From positions 145,018,001 through 145,082,000 of the forward strand of contig OZ024742.1 in the NCBI GenBank assembly GCA_964016885.1: 64,000 bases of DNA, given 5' to 3'. Below, one piece after another: positions 39,991-53,580 of the stretch. The notes beneath the pieces were generated by a model, which was given only the letters and a program-made list of their open reading frames with translations, was not told the DNA's origin and made no database searches. This DNA is from Eledone cirrhosa (Eukaryota). Position numbers and translations under genes: made by a program. How positions within the stretch are numbered: position 1 is the stretch's first letter; the number at the start of each line of letters is the position of its first letter.

Positions 39991-39997
<7 letters not shown>
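38785..39997. mobile_element. ~1.2-kb palindrome of the 3' end of PLE family 2 (ORF tail + UTR + HHR), centre at ~39427
   Basis: Arms ~38838-39427 and 39427-39997 are near-perfect reverse complements. The plus arm starts with EWNNNNTQTNNTDL* (cf. [10 protein letters not shown]). HHR-like motifs at 39047-39090 (-) and 39747-39790 (+). Confidence 0.9.
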
Positions 39998-40038
<41 letters not shown>

Positions 40039-40180
40039 TTGGTGCTCTGAAATAGAATGTGTATATAGCGTATTTTGCAATACACTGTATGCTTAATTAA
40101 AATCATTTTGAAGACCTTACGCTATTGTTTTAAAGTAGTGACAGTGTCACTTACTTCTTTTTTCAACAAACAAAGGGAGA

Positions 40181-40228
40181 TAAGCTGACAGATCTCCGTT
40201 TCATACTGTTGGTATTCCTCAGAGCTTA
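40181..40228 (-). ncRNA. Type I hammerhead ribozyme
   Basis: TAAGCT-CTGAGGA-ATAC-CAACA-GTAT-GAAA-CGG-AGAT-CTG-TC-AGCTTA; GUC site. Confidence 0.87.
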
Positions 40229-40695
40229 TCACTCCCCTTGTTTGTTGAAAATTATGAATGTTGGATTCTTATAGAATTCCACTAATAATCAGGAACTGAT
40301 TATACAGAGCGGTTGCCGGTCCAGCAAAAATTTAAAATTAGAATTGGTGCTCTGAAATAGCGATATATGTATGAATGTATATATATAGTGTATTTTTCAA
40401 TACACTGTATGCTTAATTAAAAGCATTTTGAAGACCTTACGTTATTGTTTTAAAGTAGTGACTATGTCATTTACTTCTTTTTTCAACAAACAAAATGCTT
40501 TTAATTAAGCATACAGTGTATTGCAAAATACATTATATATACATTCATATATACATATATCGCTATTTCAGAGCACCAATTCTAATTTTAAATTTTTGCT
40601 GGACCGGCAACCGCTCTGTATAATCAGTTCCTGATTATTACTGGAATTCTATAAGAATCCAACATTCATAATTTTCAACAAACAAGGGGAGTGCT

Positions 40696-40741
40696 AAGCT
40701 CTGAAGAATACCAACAGTATGAAACAGAGATCTGTCAGCTT
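40696..40741 (+). ncRNA. Type I hammerhead ribozyme
   Basis: AAGCT-CTGAAGA-ATAC-CAACA-GTAT-GAAA-CAG-AGAT-CTG-TC-AGCTT; GUC site; helix III can close intramolecularly. Confidence 0.88.
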
Positions 40742-40821
40742 TGAGGATCGTTCTTTCGAGAGATGCCGCATTAGCTACAACTTCGATTTTACTCACTATC
40801 ATTATTTATATTATATATATA

Positions 40822-41083
40822 TGGGTAAAGCGTATTTGCACCTAGAAAGCTCTCCTCTGAGGTGCAAGAGCGGGCAAGGTTGTTTGTGGAAGCCCAGGTT
40901 GTTGCCCATGCATAATAGTTCCCTCTCTCCACTCCACCGATGTTGTCCAATGGAAAGGCAATGGCCGATACCGTTTGGCACCAGTGACCTCGCAACTCAT
41001 TTCTACAACTGAGTGACCTAGAGCAACGTGAAACTTCACGATTGCAAGCCCAACGCTTTAACCACTAAGACATACACCTTCAC
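40822..41083 (-). mobile_element. SINE, family C (tRNA head gtgaagg..tagtggttaaagcgttggg)
   Basis: tRNA-like head at the right end; body homologous to 26461-26670. Confidence 0.65.
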
Positions 41084-41203
41084 TATATATATATAAGGTC
41101 GAGTGACGTAATTTCTAACGATCAGCGGCTTTTAGACTCACCTGGTTAAAGAAACAATAAATAAACCCTTTTGTACAGCCGACCATGTTATTCTTCATTC
41201 TTT

Positions 41204-41248
<45 letters not shown>

Positions 41249-41485
41249 TATATATATATACATAAATATATATATACATAAATATATATATACATAAATA
41301 TATACATATATATATATATATATAAATATATATATACATAAATATATATATATATACATAAATATATATATACATAAATATATATATACATAAATATATA
41401 TATACATAAATATATATATATATATATATATTTCAACAATGAAAATACCAACATTTATGGAAACACGGAAATAGATAATAATGAA

Positions 41486-44400
41486 ATGTCTGTGTTACGT
41501 CTGCCACCCAAATTTGCGACATTCAAGAAGGTAAATATGATTAGTTGTCTGTCAGAAATAGAAAAATCATTTACGAAACTACGCTGGAGCATCAAAAACA
41601 AAAACAAAAGCAACAATATACGCACACACATATACAACACACATCCCAACAACAACAGACACACAGACACAAACAACAATAACAACAACAATAGCAACAT
41701 ACCCAGATACAACACCAACAATAGCAACATACCCAGATACAACAGACACGCAGACACAAACAACAATAACAACACACACGGAGACAACAATAACAACAAC
41801 ACACACATCAACAACAACAACAACAGCAACATACCCAGATACAACAACAACAGACACGCAAACACAAACAACAATAACAACACACACAACAACGATAACA
41901 CACACACACACGGAGACAACAACACACATCAACAACAACACACATCAACAACAACAACACACACACATTCAATGCCTCTCACCACCACTACAATCTTAAC
42001 AAACACACAGACACAGAAAACAAGTAATGACAGTAGCACAGAAATCAGAGAAATAAGAGAAAGTAATAGGATTAAAAGGAGAAGGGAGACTAAGGACAAA
42101 GAGAATAACCAAGACGAACACACAGACACACAAAATAGGGTAGATAACAACATTGAGCCAGTGGAAAGAGACAGGAGTAATTATGAGAGACATAGAAACA
42201 ACCATGAAGCTGAGGCTGCTGCTGTTGGTGGAAATAGAAACAACACAACTAACAATAGCACTAGTACACATAAAGCAGCAGCCTGGAACTCTCCGTTTTA
42301 TAACCCCTCCGATAAATCATTCGACCTACGACGAGTCCACGCCACGACTTTGCCATTTAACAAACGCACGCAGTTGCCGTCGCAGGTCGATGAACAAACA
42401 GAAGCACAATTTAGTATAGCTAAATCCGAACTTAGAAATATTATAGAACAGTATAGCCAGAAGCATAATAGAATAGAGGCCCAGCAACTGGGAGAAGAAT
42501 CTGCAAATGGCTTGCGTAAGCTCATGCAGCGCTCACGTAATGGAGAGATAGCATGCTTTCCAACAGACAAGTCTGGCAGAATGTCGGTTGACAGCCTGCC
42601 AAACTACATCCAGGCAATGCAACCCCACATCACTAACACAAGAGAGGTAACACCACAGGAGCATGAGGATAGAGAAAAAACCCTCAATGCCCATATGGTG
42701 ATGTGGACAAATATAATGCAGCCCAACAAAAGGACTGCCAACAACTTCCAGGCCTGGAACAATGACGTGCCGGCGTTGTATGGGCTTCGAAAAGACCATA
42801 AAACGGGCTGGGACCCTGTCGCGGGATCACCAACACGGCCAGTCTGTGGGGCTAACATTGCTAGTAACTACAGACTGTCCTACTTCCTCTCCCTGATCAT
42901 ACGCCCCATCATTGAGATGTCCCCAGATGTGTGTGACAGCACGGAGGACCTCCTCAGCAGAATCGGCGCGGGTAACCGATCTGGGGACCTAACAAACTGC
43001 ATAATAGGCAGTATGGATGTTGTGTCCCTGTATCCATCTATTGACGTGGATTTTGCTGTGGAGAAATGCGTCGAAATGATCAGCGAGAGCAAGGTTGAGT
43101 TCCGTGGGATTGATACCAGTGAGCTGGGACTTCTACTTAAGCTTACCCATAGTAATAGTTACCTAGACACTTATGACCTTAGCAACCTGTGCCCTACAAG
43201 ACCAGCAAGAGGCAGACCACCTACCATTACCTCAATGGCCAAGAAAACCCACACAGATAGATGGAACGGGTGGACCAGAGCCATACGGACACCCGAAAAC
43301 CACGATGAACTGAAGAAAATGATTGCACATGCGGTAGGGGCCAGCATAAAATTAAAATTAACCCTTAAGGAACATATGTTCAAATTTAATGGTAAAACAT
43401 ATGCCCAAGAGGAAGGAGCAGCCATTGGTGTTAGCATTGCAGGCGACATAGCTAACCTGTTCATGGTATGGTGGGACAGTAGACTTAAACAAAAACTTAA
43501 TGAACAATTAGAAGACAGCTTAACCCTGATAATGTACTCCCGCTACGTAGATGATATAAACATCGTAGTTAAGACACCCCCACTAAAGAACAGTCAGGAA
43601 CCAGAGAAAAACACAATGGAAAGCATCCAGCAAATAGCAAACTCCATCCACCAGAGCATTAGAGTTACTATAGACTACCCAAGTAGACACCCCAACCATC
43701 GATTACCTGTACTAGACACAGAGCTCTGGTTAGATACTATTAACAACCAAAAACAAATCCTCCATTCCCATTATGCCAAACCCATGACTTCCAAACATCT
43801 GATCCACCGAAACTCGGCCATTTCGGACCATACCAAAATCAACATACTGATTGCGGATTTGGTACGGGTGATGAGAAATGTGTCCCGCATGTGCAACCCC
43901 GAAGAACTAGAGAGACACATACAACACTTCATCCACCGTATGCAGTTCTCTGGCTACAATCAGAGAGATAGAATCAGAGTGTATAAAGGAGCCAGAACCA
44001 AATGGGAAAAAATGGTAAATAATGACATAAATGGGACCTGCCCCTTGTATAGGAGCAAATTTTGGAATAGAATAGAAAGAACTAAGAACAAGGCCAATAT
44101 AATAAACTCATGGTATGATAGCAATAAATACCAGAGTGTAATGTTCATCAATACAACCCCTAGAGGCGAACTAGCCTACAAATTTAGAAGGGCCCTAAAG
44201 AAACATAATCTCAATATTAAGATAGTAGAAAGACCTGGTACCTCCGTAAAAACACTTATTAGCAAGACATACCCGTTCCAAAGACCCTCATGTATAGATA
44301 AGAAATGTATAACCTGTAAAATAAGCCCCCATATCAACTGTAAAACTAGAAATGTAGTATATAGCATAAGATGTACTGAAGGACAATGTAGAAACAAAAA

Positions 44401-44674
44401 TATAGTGTACATAGGTGAGACAGCTCGTAGTATAGGGGAACGAATAAATGAACACTGGCGAGACCTCCAAGATAGTAAAGAATCATCTGTGCTCTACCAA
44501 CATGCTAAGATAGAACACAGGGGTAAATTAGAGAGCATAGAAATAAAAATAGAATCCACACACAAGAAAGACGCAATGTTTAGGCAAATTACAGAGGCAG
44601 TAAGCATAAAAGAATTAAAACCAAAATTAAATAGAAAATATGAGTGGAACAGCAACATCACAACTTACAATTAA
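41486..44674 (+). CDS. PLE polyprotein: Asn/Thr/His-rich low-complexity N-terminus, RT, Cys-rich linker, C-terminal GIY-YIG endonuclease (1062 aa; frame open upstream to the microsatellite)
   Basis: [103 protein letters not shown]. Confidence 0.93.
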   Translation: MSVLRLPPKFATFKKVNMISCLSEIEKSFTKLRWSIKNKNKSNNIRTHIYNTHPNNNRHTDTNNNNNNNSNIPRYNTNNSNIPRYNRHADTNNNNNTHGDNNNNNTHINNNNNSNIPRYNNNRHANTNNNNNTHNNDNTHTHGDNNTHQQQHTSTTTTHTHSMPLTTTTILTNTQTQKTSNDSSTEIREIRESNRIKRRRETKDKENNQDEHTDTQNRVDNNIEPVERDRSNYERHRNNHEAEAAAVGGNRNNTTNNSTSTHKAAAWNSPFYNPSDKSFDLRRVHATTLPFNKRTQLPSQVDEQTEAQFSIAKSELRNIIEQYSQKHNRIEAQQLGEESANGLRKLMQRSRNGEIACFPTDKSGRMSVDSLPNYIQAMQPHITNTREVTPQEHEDREKTLNAHMVMWTNIMQPNKRTANNFQAWNNDVPALYGLRKDHKTGWDPVAGSPTRPVCGANIASNYRLSYFLSLIIRPIIEMSPDVCDSTEDLLSRIGAGNRSGDLTNCIIGSMDVVSLYPSIDVDFAVEKCVEMISESKVEFRGIDTSELGLLLKLTHSNSYLDTYDLSNLCPTRPARGRPPTITSMAKKTHTDRWNGWTRAIRTPENHDELKKMIAHAVGASIKLKLTLKEHMFKFNGKTYAQEEGAAIGVSIAGDIANLFMVWWDSRLKQKLNEQLEDSLTLIMYSRYVDDINIVVKTPPLKNSQEPEKNTMESIQQIANSIHQSIRVTIDYPSRHPNHRLPVLDTELWLDTINNQKQILHSHYAKPMTSKHLIHRNSAISDHTKINILIADLVRVMRNVSRMCNPEELERHIQHFIHRMQFSGYNQRDRIRVYKGARTKWEKMVNNDINGTCPLYRSKFWNRIERTKNKANIINSWYDSNKYQSVMFINTTPRGELAYKFRRALKKHNLNIKIVERPGTSVKTLISKTYPFQRPSCIDKKCITCKISPHINCKTRNVVYSIRCTEGQCRNKNIVYIGETARSIGERINEHWRDLQDSKESSVLYQHAKIEHRGKLESIEIKIESTHKKDAMFRQITEAVSIKELKPKLNRKYEWNSNITTYN

Positions 44675-44973
44675 GGACAAAATGAAAACACACACACACA
44701 CATAGAACAAACAACTTACAATTGAAAACACACACAAAATGAAAACACACACAAGACAAAATGAAAACACACACACACATAGAACAAACAACCAACCAAC
44801 AATAAATAAATAAATAAACAAACAAATATAAATAGAAAAATAGAAAAATGAACACAAACACACACAGACACCCGGATGTGGCGCATGCGCAAACTGAGCA
44901 CGCAACCCACACACAAACAAAATGGCGTAGGATAGAAGAAAGGAAAGGCACAGAAACGAAGAAAGAAATCCCC

Positions 44974-45018
44974 AGTCACTGAAGAGGTCACAGAGTGTGT
45001 GACGAAAGAACTATGACT
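44974..45018 (+). ncRNA. Type I hammerhead ribozyme in the PLE 3' UTR/pLTR
   Basis: AGTCA-CTGAAGA-G-GTCACA-GAGTG-TGTGAC-GAAA-GAAC-TA-TGACT. Confidence 0.85.
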
Positions 45019-45233
45019 ATATATATATAAACAACTATCTGGTTGTGGAACCAACCAACCAACCAGAAATTTATAAATTTGTAAATTTATAAATATATAT
45101 TAAATTAAATTGAAGTGAAAGCAACTGGTGCGTGTGTTTCTTATTGGCAACATGACCCTCCCAAAGTATAACAATATCGGTTTCAACACACGATTTCAGA
45201 TAAAGAATCTTGCTAAACAAATTCAGAAACGAA

Positions 45234-47340
<2,107 letters not shown>

Positions 47341-47341
47341 T

Positions 47342-47503
47342 TGTTGTAATATTGTTGTAATATTGCCAGAAATAATAACAGAACACACTCACTGTTTGGT
47401 TTGGGTTGGTTTTCGCTTCTGTATATTTTATATCTCCATAGTTAATTTATTTGGCAATCAACGTTTATAATTGATTGACCAGCGGTTAAAAATACAGATA
47501 TAA

Positions 47504-47540
<37 letters not shown>

Positions 47541-47640
47541 GTCTATCAAAGTTCTTTCGTTGCACACCTGCAACATCATCAGTGATACTATTATGTTTCC
47601 TCCTATTGTATTGTATGTCTACGCCATTTTTATTTTTATT
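47342..47640 (-). mobile_element. PLE family 2 3' UTR fragment with HHR
   Basis: Homologous to 38870-39150; reverse complement of 47544-47587 reads TATCA-CTGATGA-T-GTTGCA-GGTG-TGCAAC-GAAA-GAAC-TT-TGATA. Confidence 0.82.
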
Positions 47641-47959
47641 TATTTATTAATTTGTTCTTGTGGCCCTAGGGCCACAGGTTGGGCATCCCTGATTTGAAGA
47701 ATTCCTATGTTGTTGCTTTTTTCACACATGGAGTAAATTATCCAAACTGTCCTTTCTTCTTCACGGCATTGGAATGTGTGTAATTTGAGGAAGATTTAGC
47801 CTCTATTTCTAACAAGTTGGACAATCACGTAAAGGGATTGTAGAATTTATAATGGCTAAAACAAGATCTCTTACCGTGTTATTAATGTACACAAGTTGCC
47901 TCCCATGTTTCAATTACGTTATTTTAGTATTTATTATTTAAATAATTTATTATTGAATA

Positions 47960-48152
47960 AATAATTGTTTCTACTTTTGGCACAAAGCCAGCAATTATTT
48001 CAGTGTATTACTGGTACTTTATTTTATCGACCCCGCAAGGATGAAAGGCAAAGTTAACCTCGGCGGGATATGAACTCAGACCATAAAGGGCCGTAACTCT
48101 TTGCTGCAAAGCATGGCATCCAACCCTCTACCAATACTGCCAATCCACCGAC
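47960..48152 (-). mobile_element. Family A SINE
   Basis: Reverse complement of the 6702-6898 family. Confidence 0.8.
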
Positions 48153-48699
48153 CCTTAAATAATGAAAAATTATTATTTATGTCTGATACCTTGACATAAA
48201 TTTTGTTTTGGGTAGAAGCAAGAAGTGAAAATTGAAAATATTTATGCCCTTCAACAGAAGGAAAATATCATAAAAGAACAGAAAAGAATTAAACATGGAA
48301 ATTGAAATCGAAGCTCGAAGCCTGTAGGTCTGGAATCTACCATGGGAAAGTTCAAGTATATGATAGATAACGAATTATAGATTATACGAACTGCTAATAT
48401 GTGTATATGGGCATAAGTCTATCTTTCGATGTGTATGTATGTATGCAATAAATATAACTATATTTATATGGGGTAGGGGGCAAGAGAAGATAACTTGAAT
48501 AGATTAGTTACTAGTTCAAACAACACCAGTGATCAAAGATTCAAACCTTGTGTCTCTACACAAAACTGCTTGATATACATCTAAAACAAAATGATAAAGT
48601 GATATAAATTCATTGTTAAAATTAAGTCATAGTAACAAACAGCAATATTTTGTTCTAATGAGAGGGAAATTACCTTGCGATAGACTAGCGTTCTACATC

Positions 48700-48747
<48 letters not shown>

Positions 48748-50229
48748 TGAGTGAGTGCGTGTGTGAAGTCGTCTGCTTTTCCTTATTATTTTGTTTATTT
48801 TCTTATGGTTTTCTTTTATGTTCACAAATGCCCACACCACAACACACTCACAGATAAACGCATACACACATACACACACACAAACACGTTCACGCACGCA
48901 CAAATACACACACACACACACACACACATTGGGGCTAAAATATCTGGCAAGAGCGTTGAATATCTTTTCGTCTAATTGTGGAGTAGTGAAGGTTGAGTTA
49001 TTTCCCTTACATCTCTCTCGTTCACATGATCAGCGTGAGTGTGTCTGAGTGTGTGTGTGTATGTGGGTGTATGAAAGACACTTTCACAGGATAGCACGCA
49101 GTGATATTATAAACTGGAACAAACCCCATCGCCAAGAGGTAGGATGGAGAGATTACTCCATGGTACTACCGCCCACTTACTTTTCAAAGTTACACCAACA
49201 GAATTTGAAAATACTGTGTATAGAAAAACATCCTGAAAAACAAACGTCACACGTGAAACTCGAATTTTTGAACTTACTAAGTGCCAAGGAAATAAATTTA
49301 TAAGATGTGGGAAGCTCAGGTGCAGACAGTAACTGCAATTACAGCCAGTTGCTATGAATTAGCTTATAAAAATTGGGTAAAGATCCTTAGAGACGGAAAA
49401 AAATGTAGTCAGCAGCAAGAACGATGTTTATTAGCGTTTTTTTTTATAGCAACTGGGTGTATTTGTAGCTATTTTCTGTACCTGAGCTCCCCACATATCC
49501 TGAAATACATTTCTTACGAAAGAATGACCCCTTAGAATAATCTGAAGCCCCCCCCCCCCCCCCAAAAAAAAAAGCCACTAAAAAATATACTCTAAATTAA
49601 GAAAAAGAGAGAACATATGTACATATAAATTTTATTTTTCTTAGATAAAAAAATGTCAGTGATTTCGAAGTTTCATTTGGCTGTGTCTTGTGAAGGCCAT
49701 AAAGGTCTGATATACCTTTATGTAGGTCAGGTTATTGTTAGAAGAGTAAACGAGTTAGACAATCTATTTGATTGTGATTGGGTGGCATAGGAGTGTTTGT
49801 GTCGATAGGTTTCATTGTTGATTAGTAAAATTAGATGTTTTGAGTGCATGCGATGGTGGTGGTGGTGGTGTGTGTGTGTATCATCATCATCATTTTACGT
49901 CCACTAGGAATATAGTAATGGGAGTGGGGAAAATGAAAGTGTGGGATGGGGTGGAAGCAAAGTAGATGTTACTTGCCGGGGGGGGGGGGGCAACAGAGGA
50001 AGTGGATGAGAGGGAGAGAGAAATGTCCAAAAAGACAGTGAGTTTCATTGTGATGTCTTTTTCATAGCTAGAAAGGCATTGATGAGATTGAGTGGGAGCC
50101 TAAGTGTTTCTTGCCAAGGAAAAAGAGAAAAGTCTGAGGTAGCTGTGGGCTCCGTAAGCCATAATGAAGGCTACCCATCTAGGAAAGTAGACGATCCAAA
50201 TAACATCTGATACTAGGTAATACTAGGTC

Positions 50230-52373
50230 GAGGGGACTCTTAAGTATGGTAAAACAACCTCTGTAATGTTGGTGGCATGAACAATGCACCCGGTCCCTGC
50301 TGTAAAGTGGTTGGTAGTAAGAAGAGCATCTACCCAGTAAAACCCACCAAAAATTATAAAAAGCATGACCAATATGACTTCCACGAGTTGCAAACACAGG
50401 GTTAACATTAGTCATGTTAGTGCTGTGCACAGTAGTGGGGGGGGGGGGGGCTAGTATAGCCATGTGCGAGAACCCCTTCACCATCATCAAGAAATTGCCC
50501 AACCAGTTTTGCTTTCAAGTACATAGAAGATCTAACCAAGGAAGTAACAACAACTATCAAGGTACAAATCTCAGGACTGCCACCCTCAATGTAAATCAGG
50601 TGAAATTGTGGAACTGTTAGAGAGAAGAGGAGTAGATGTATGCTGTGTACAAGAAGTGAGATGGAGGCATGCCACAGCAAGACTAATCACGGGCAGACAA
50701 CTTAGGCATAAACTCTATTGAATAGGAAATGACAATGGGGTAGGAGGGCTAGGCATCCTACTAGCTGAGAAATGGATAGATAAGGTGATAGAGGTAGTTA
50801 GAGTAAGTGACAGAATCATCAAGCTTAGATTAACTGTAGGAAATAGACTGGTGACAATCACATCTACCTATGCTCTGCAAGTAGGACTGGGTAAAGAATA
50901 AAAGGACAGGTTCTATGAGGAACTTTTACAGACAACTTCAGGTATTGATGAAAGAGACCTCATCATCCTGACAGGCGACTTTAATGGACATGTGGGACAG
51001 TACCAGGATGGATTCAGCAAAGTTCATGGTGGCTATGGTTATGGCTCAAGGAATGAAGAGGGGCTGAGACTCCTGCAAGTTTGTGATGCAAATGAACTAA
51101 CCATCGGCAACACAAATTTCTGGAAATCAACCAACCACCTGATTTCATATCAATCTGGTGAACACACAAGCTAAATTGATTACTTACTTGTTAGACAACA
51201 AGACAAACAGACTAGTAAATACTAAGGTCTTCCCTGGGGAAGAATGCACTGCCCTGCACAAGTTAGTTATTAGTGACAGTAAAATAAACAAATGACAGAA
51301 CAAGACATACAGGAAAATATAGAGATGGGGGGTGTCAAAGCTAAAGGTCCTCTCAGTTAAATACAGGTTTAGAAAGGCGCTATGTGATGTACTTAATGAG
51401 AGGGATGACGAGCTAGATACATATAACATAGAGGACAATTGGAAATTTTTACATGACAACCTTTTGCGAACTACTGACAAGACTTGTTGTTGGAATAAAG
51501 TGCCACCCAGACAGAGGGTGACTTGGTGGTGGAACAGCACAGTAGATTAAAGCCAAGAGAGAGGCATTGAAAGACTGGAAAAATGAGGTAGCAGAGACCA
51601 GTACCAAGTAGCTAAGAAAGAAGCTAGCCGACATGTGTACACAGCTCAGAGAAAGACTGAAGAAAATAAATTTCCCAATGTCTTGAGACGTGGGGATCAG
51701 AGGTGTGAAATGTTCCATATTGCAAGGCAGTGTGTTAGTGTGAATCAAGATGTTATTGGGGAAAATGTATTAGAAATTATGCTGGTGCACTTAGCACCAC
51801 TGGTGCTCAAAAGAAAGAGGCCTGGAAATATTACTATGAGATTGATGAATGTAGAGAATGAATGGGAAGAAAAGAAACTACCCCCAATTTACCCAAAGGA
51901 AGGACCAGCTATTGAAGTTGATAGTTTTAGAGTCAAAGATGTAATCAAGAAGATGAAGAACGGTAAAGCTGCAGGACTGTCAGAGATAGTTGCTAAGATG
52001 CTAAAATCATCAGGAGAGGTAGGAGTCAAACTAGTAACCTGCATAATCAATCAAGTAATACATGATGGAGGCATGCCCAATGACTGGTGCAGCAGTACAA
52101 TAATAATTGCTACAAGGGCAAAGGCGATGCTCTAGAAAGGAGCAACAACAGAGGAATAAAACTAATGGACCAAGTTGTGAAAGTGACTGAAAGAGTTATA
52201 GTGTAGCTAATTAGGGAAAGAGTCAAAATAGATGAGATGCAGTTTGGTTTCATGCCTAGGAAAAGTACTACAGATGCCTTCTTAGTGAGGCAAATACAAA
52301 AGAAGTTCCTAGCCAAAAATAAGCCACTATATTTCGTCTAAACCCATGCTAGCGTGGAAGATAGATGTTAAAC

Positions 52374-52404
<31 letters not shown>

Positions 52405-53580
52405 CTGATGATTTAGCTTTGGTTGATCTAGAGAAGGCCTTTGACAGAGTACCTTGATCTATTATTTGGTGGTCCTTAAAGAAATTAAGTTTAGAAGAGT
52501 GGCTTGTGAGAGCAGTTCAAGCTATGTAAAGAGGAGCTGCCAGTAAAGTAAAAGTAGGAAATGAGTTTAGTGAGGAAATCAAAGTACAGGTAGGAGTTCA
52601 TCAGGGTTCGGTTCTTAGCCCACTGCTGTTCATCATAGTTCTTCAGGCCATAACAGAGGAATTTAAAATGGGCTGTCCATGGGAACTTCTCTATGAAGAT
52701 GATTTGGTTCTTATAACTGAAACCAAAAAAGAACTAGAAAATAAATTCCGATTATGGAAACTGGATTTGATATCAAAAGGTCTGAGAGTAAACTTGGCCA
52801 AAACTAAACAACTAGTGAGTAGGAAAGAAGATAGGACCCAGATTTCCTCAGGGTAGTAACCATGCTCAATATATAGAAAAGGACTAGGCAGAAACTCCAT
52901 AGAATGTACACAATGTACATCTTGGGTACACAAAAGATGTAGTGGGCTAACGAGTAGACTAACAGGAAGGGAAAACTTTGTGTGTAGTAGATGCACAGAA
53001 GAAATCAAGAGGAAGAGTGCCAATGATATAAATCTTTTCCAGTCACAGGAAGGATCCATAATAGCTAAAATAAGGATAGGATGAAAGAAGTTCACTCTCA
53101 CTGTTGACAAGAAAAGGTTTCTCCCTACGTACAAAAGAAGGCAGTATGATGCCTGCGTGGAGTGTGTGATGCTGCATGGTAGTGAAACATGAGTTATGAC
53201 TGCAGAGGACATGTGTAGACTGGAGAGAAATGAAGCAGCCATGCTTCATTGGATGTGCAATGTAAGTGTGGATGAGCTGAAGGAGAAGCTGGGTTTAAGG
53301 TGAATCCAAGGTGGTGTGCAGGAGAGAAGACTGCATTGGTTTGGACATGTGATATGCATGAACAATGACCGATGGGTGAAGAAATGCTAGGAAATCCCAC
53401 TGAAAGGAAGCCACAAACCAAGAAATATATGGGCAGAGGTTGGGATAGCTGACCTCAAATTGCTAAGACTGGCAGAGGAGATGATGATGGAATGCAACAG
53501 ATGGAAAGATGCCATGCTGAGACGGACCCAGCCAACCCATGCAAGCATGGAAAAGCAGATGTTAAAACGATGATGATGAT
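50230..53580 (+). mobile_element. Decayed near-full-length RTE-clade LINE (APE endonuclease + RT) with (GAT)n tail
   Basis: NLRTATLNV, DVCCVQEVRW, GDFNGHVG..GGYGYGSRNEEG, QFGFMP, DLEKAFDRVP, GVHQGSVLSPLLF, LLYEDDLVL; 3' end aacccatgcaagcatggaaaagcagatgttaaaac(gat)n. Confidence 0.92.
52335..52411 (+). mobile_element. Short RTE-type 3'-tail insertion nested in the RTE RT region
   Basis: cccatgctagcgtggaagatagatgttaaac(gat)n splits ccactatattt|agctt, which is contiguous in the antisense fragment at ~56480-56495. Confidence 0.75.

Larger units (their letters stand above)
40031..40742. mobile_element. Diverged relative of the 310-bp unit: ~1.5 units (-) + ~0.8 unit (+), each arm with an HHR
   Basis: Shares gctctgaaatagcgatat, attttgaagacct and caggaactgatt..gagcggttgccggtcc.gca with the 310-bp unit; flips at ~40493 (CAAA microhomology). 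Confidence 0.88.
41431..45233 (+). mobile_element. Penelope-like retroelement (Neptune-like), 5'-truncated, embedded in (TA)n/(TAAATATATAC)-type tracts
   Basis: Intact RT-GIY-YIG ORF, 3' UTR with HHR, and terminal motif atgaccctcccaaagtataacaatatcggtttcaacacacg...cagaaacgaaa followed by TA. Confidence 0.93.

Noticed and set aside
41455-44470. Antisense ORFs over the PLE ORF (Leu/Val/Cys-rich)
   Set aside because: Shadow frames of the AAC/CA-rich coding strand.
41486-44674. Naiad/Chlamys-type (N-terminal endonuclease, selenoprotein) PLE or telomerase
   Set aside because: The GIY-YIG domain is C-terminal, there is no in-frame TGA, and no TERT-specific motifs are seen.
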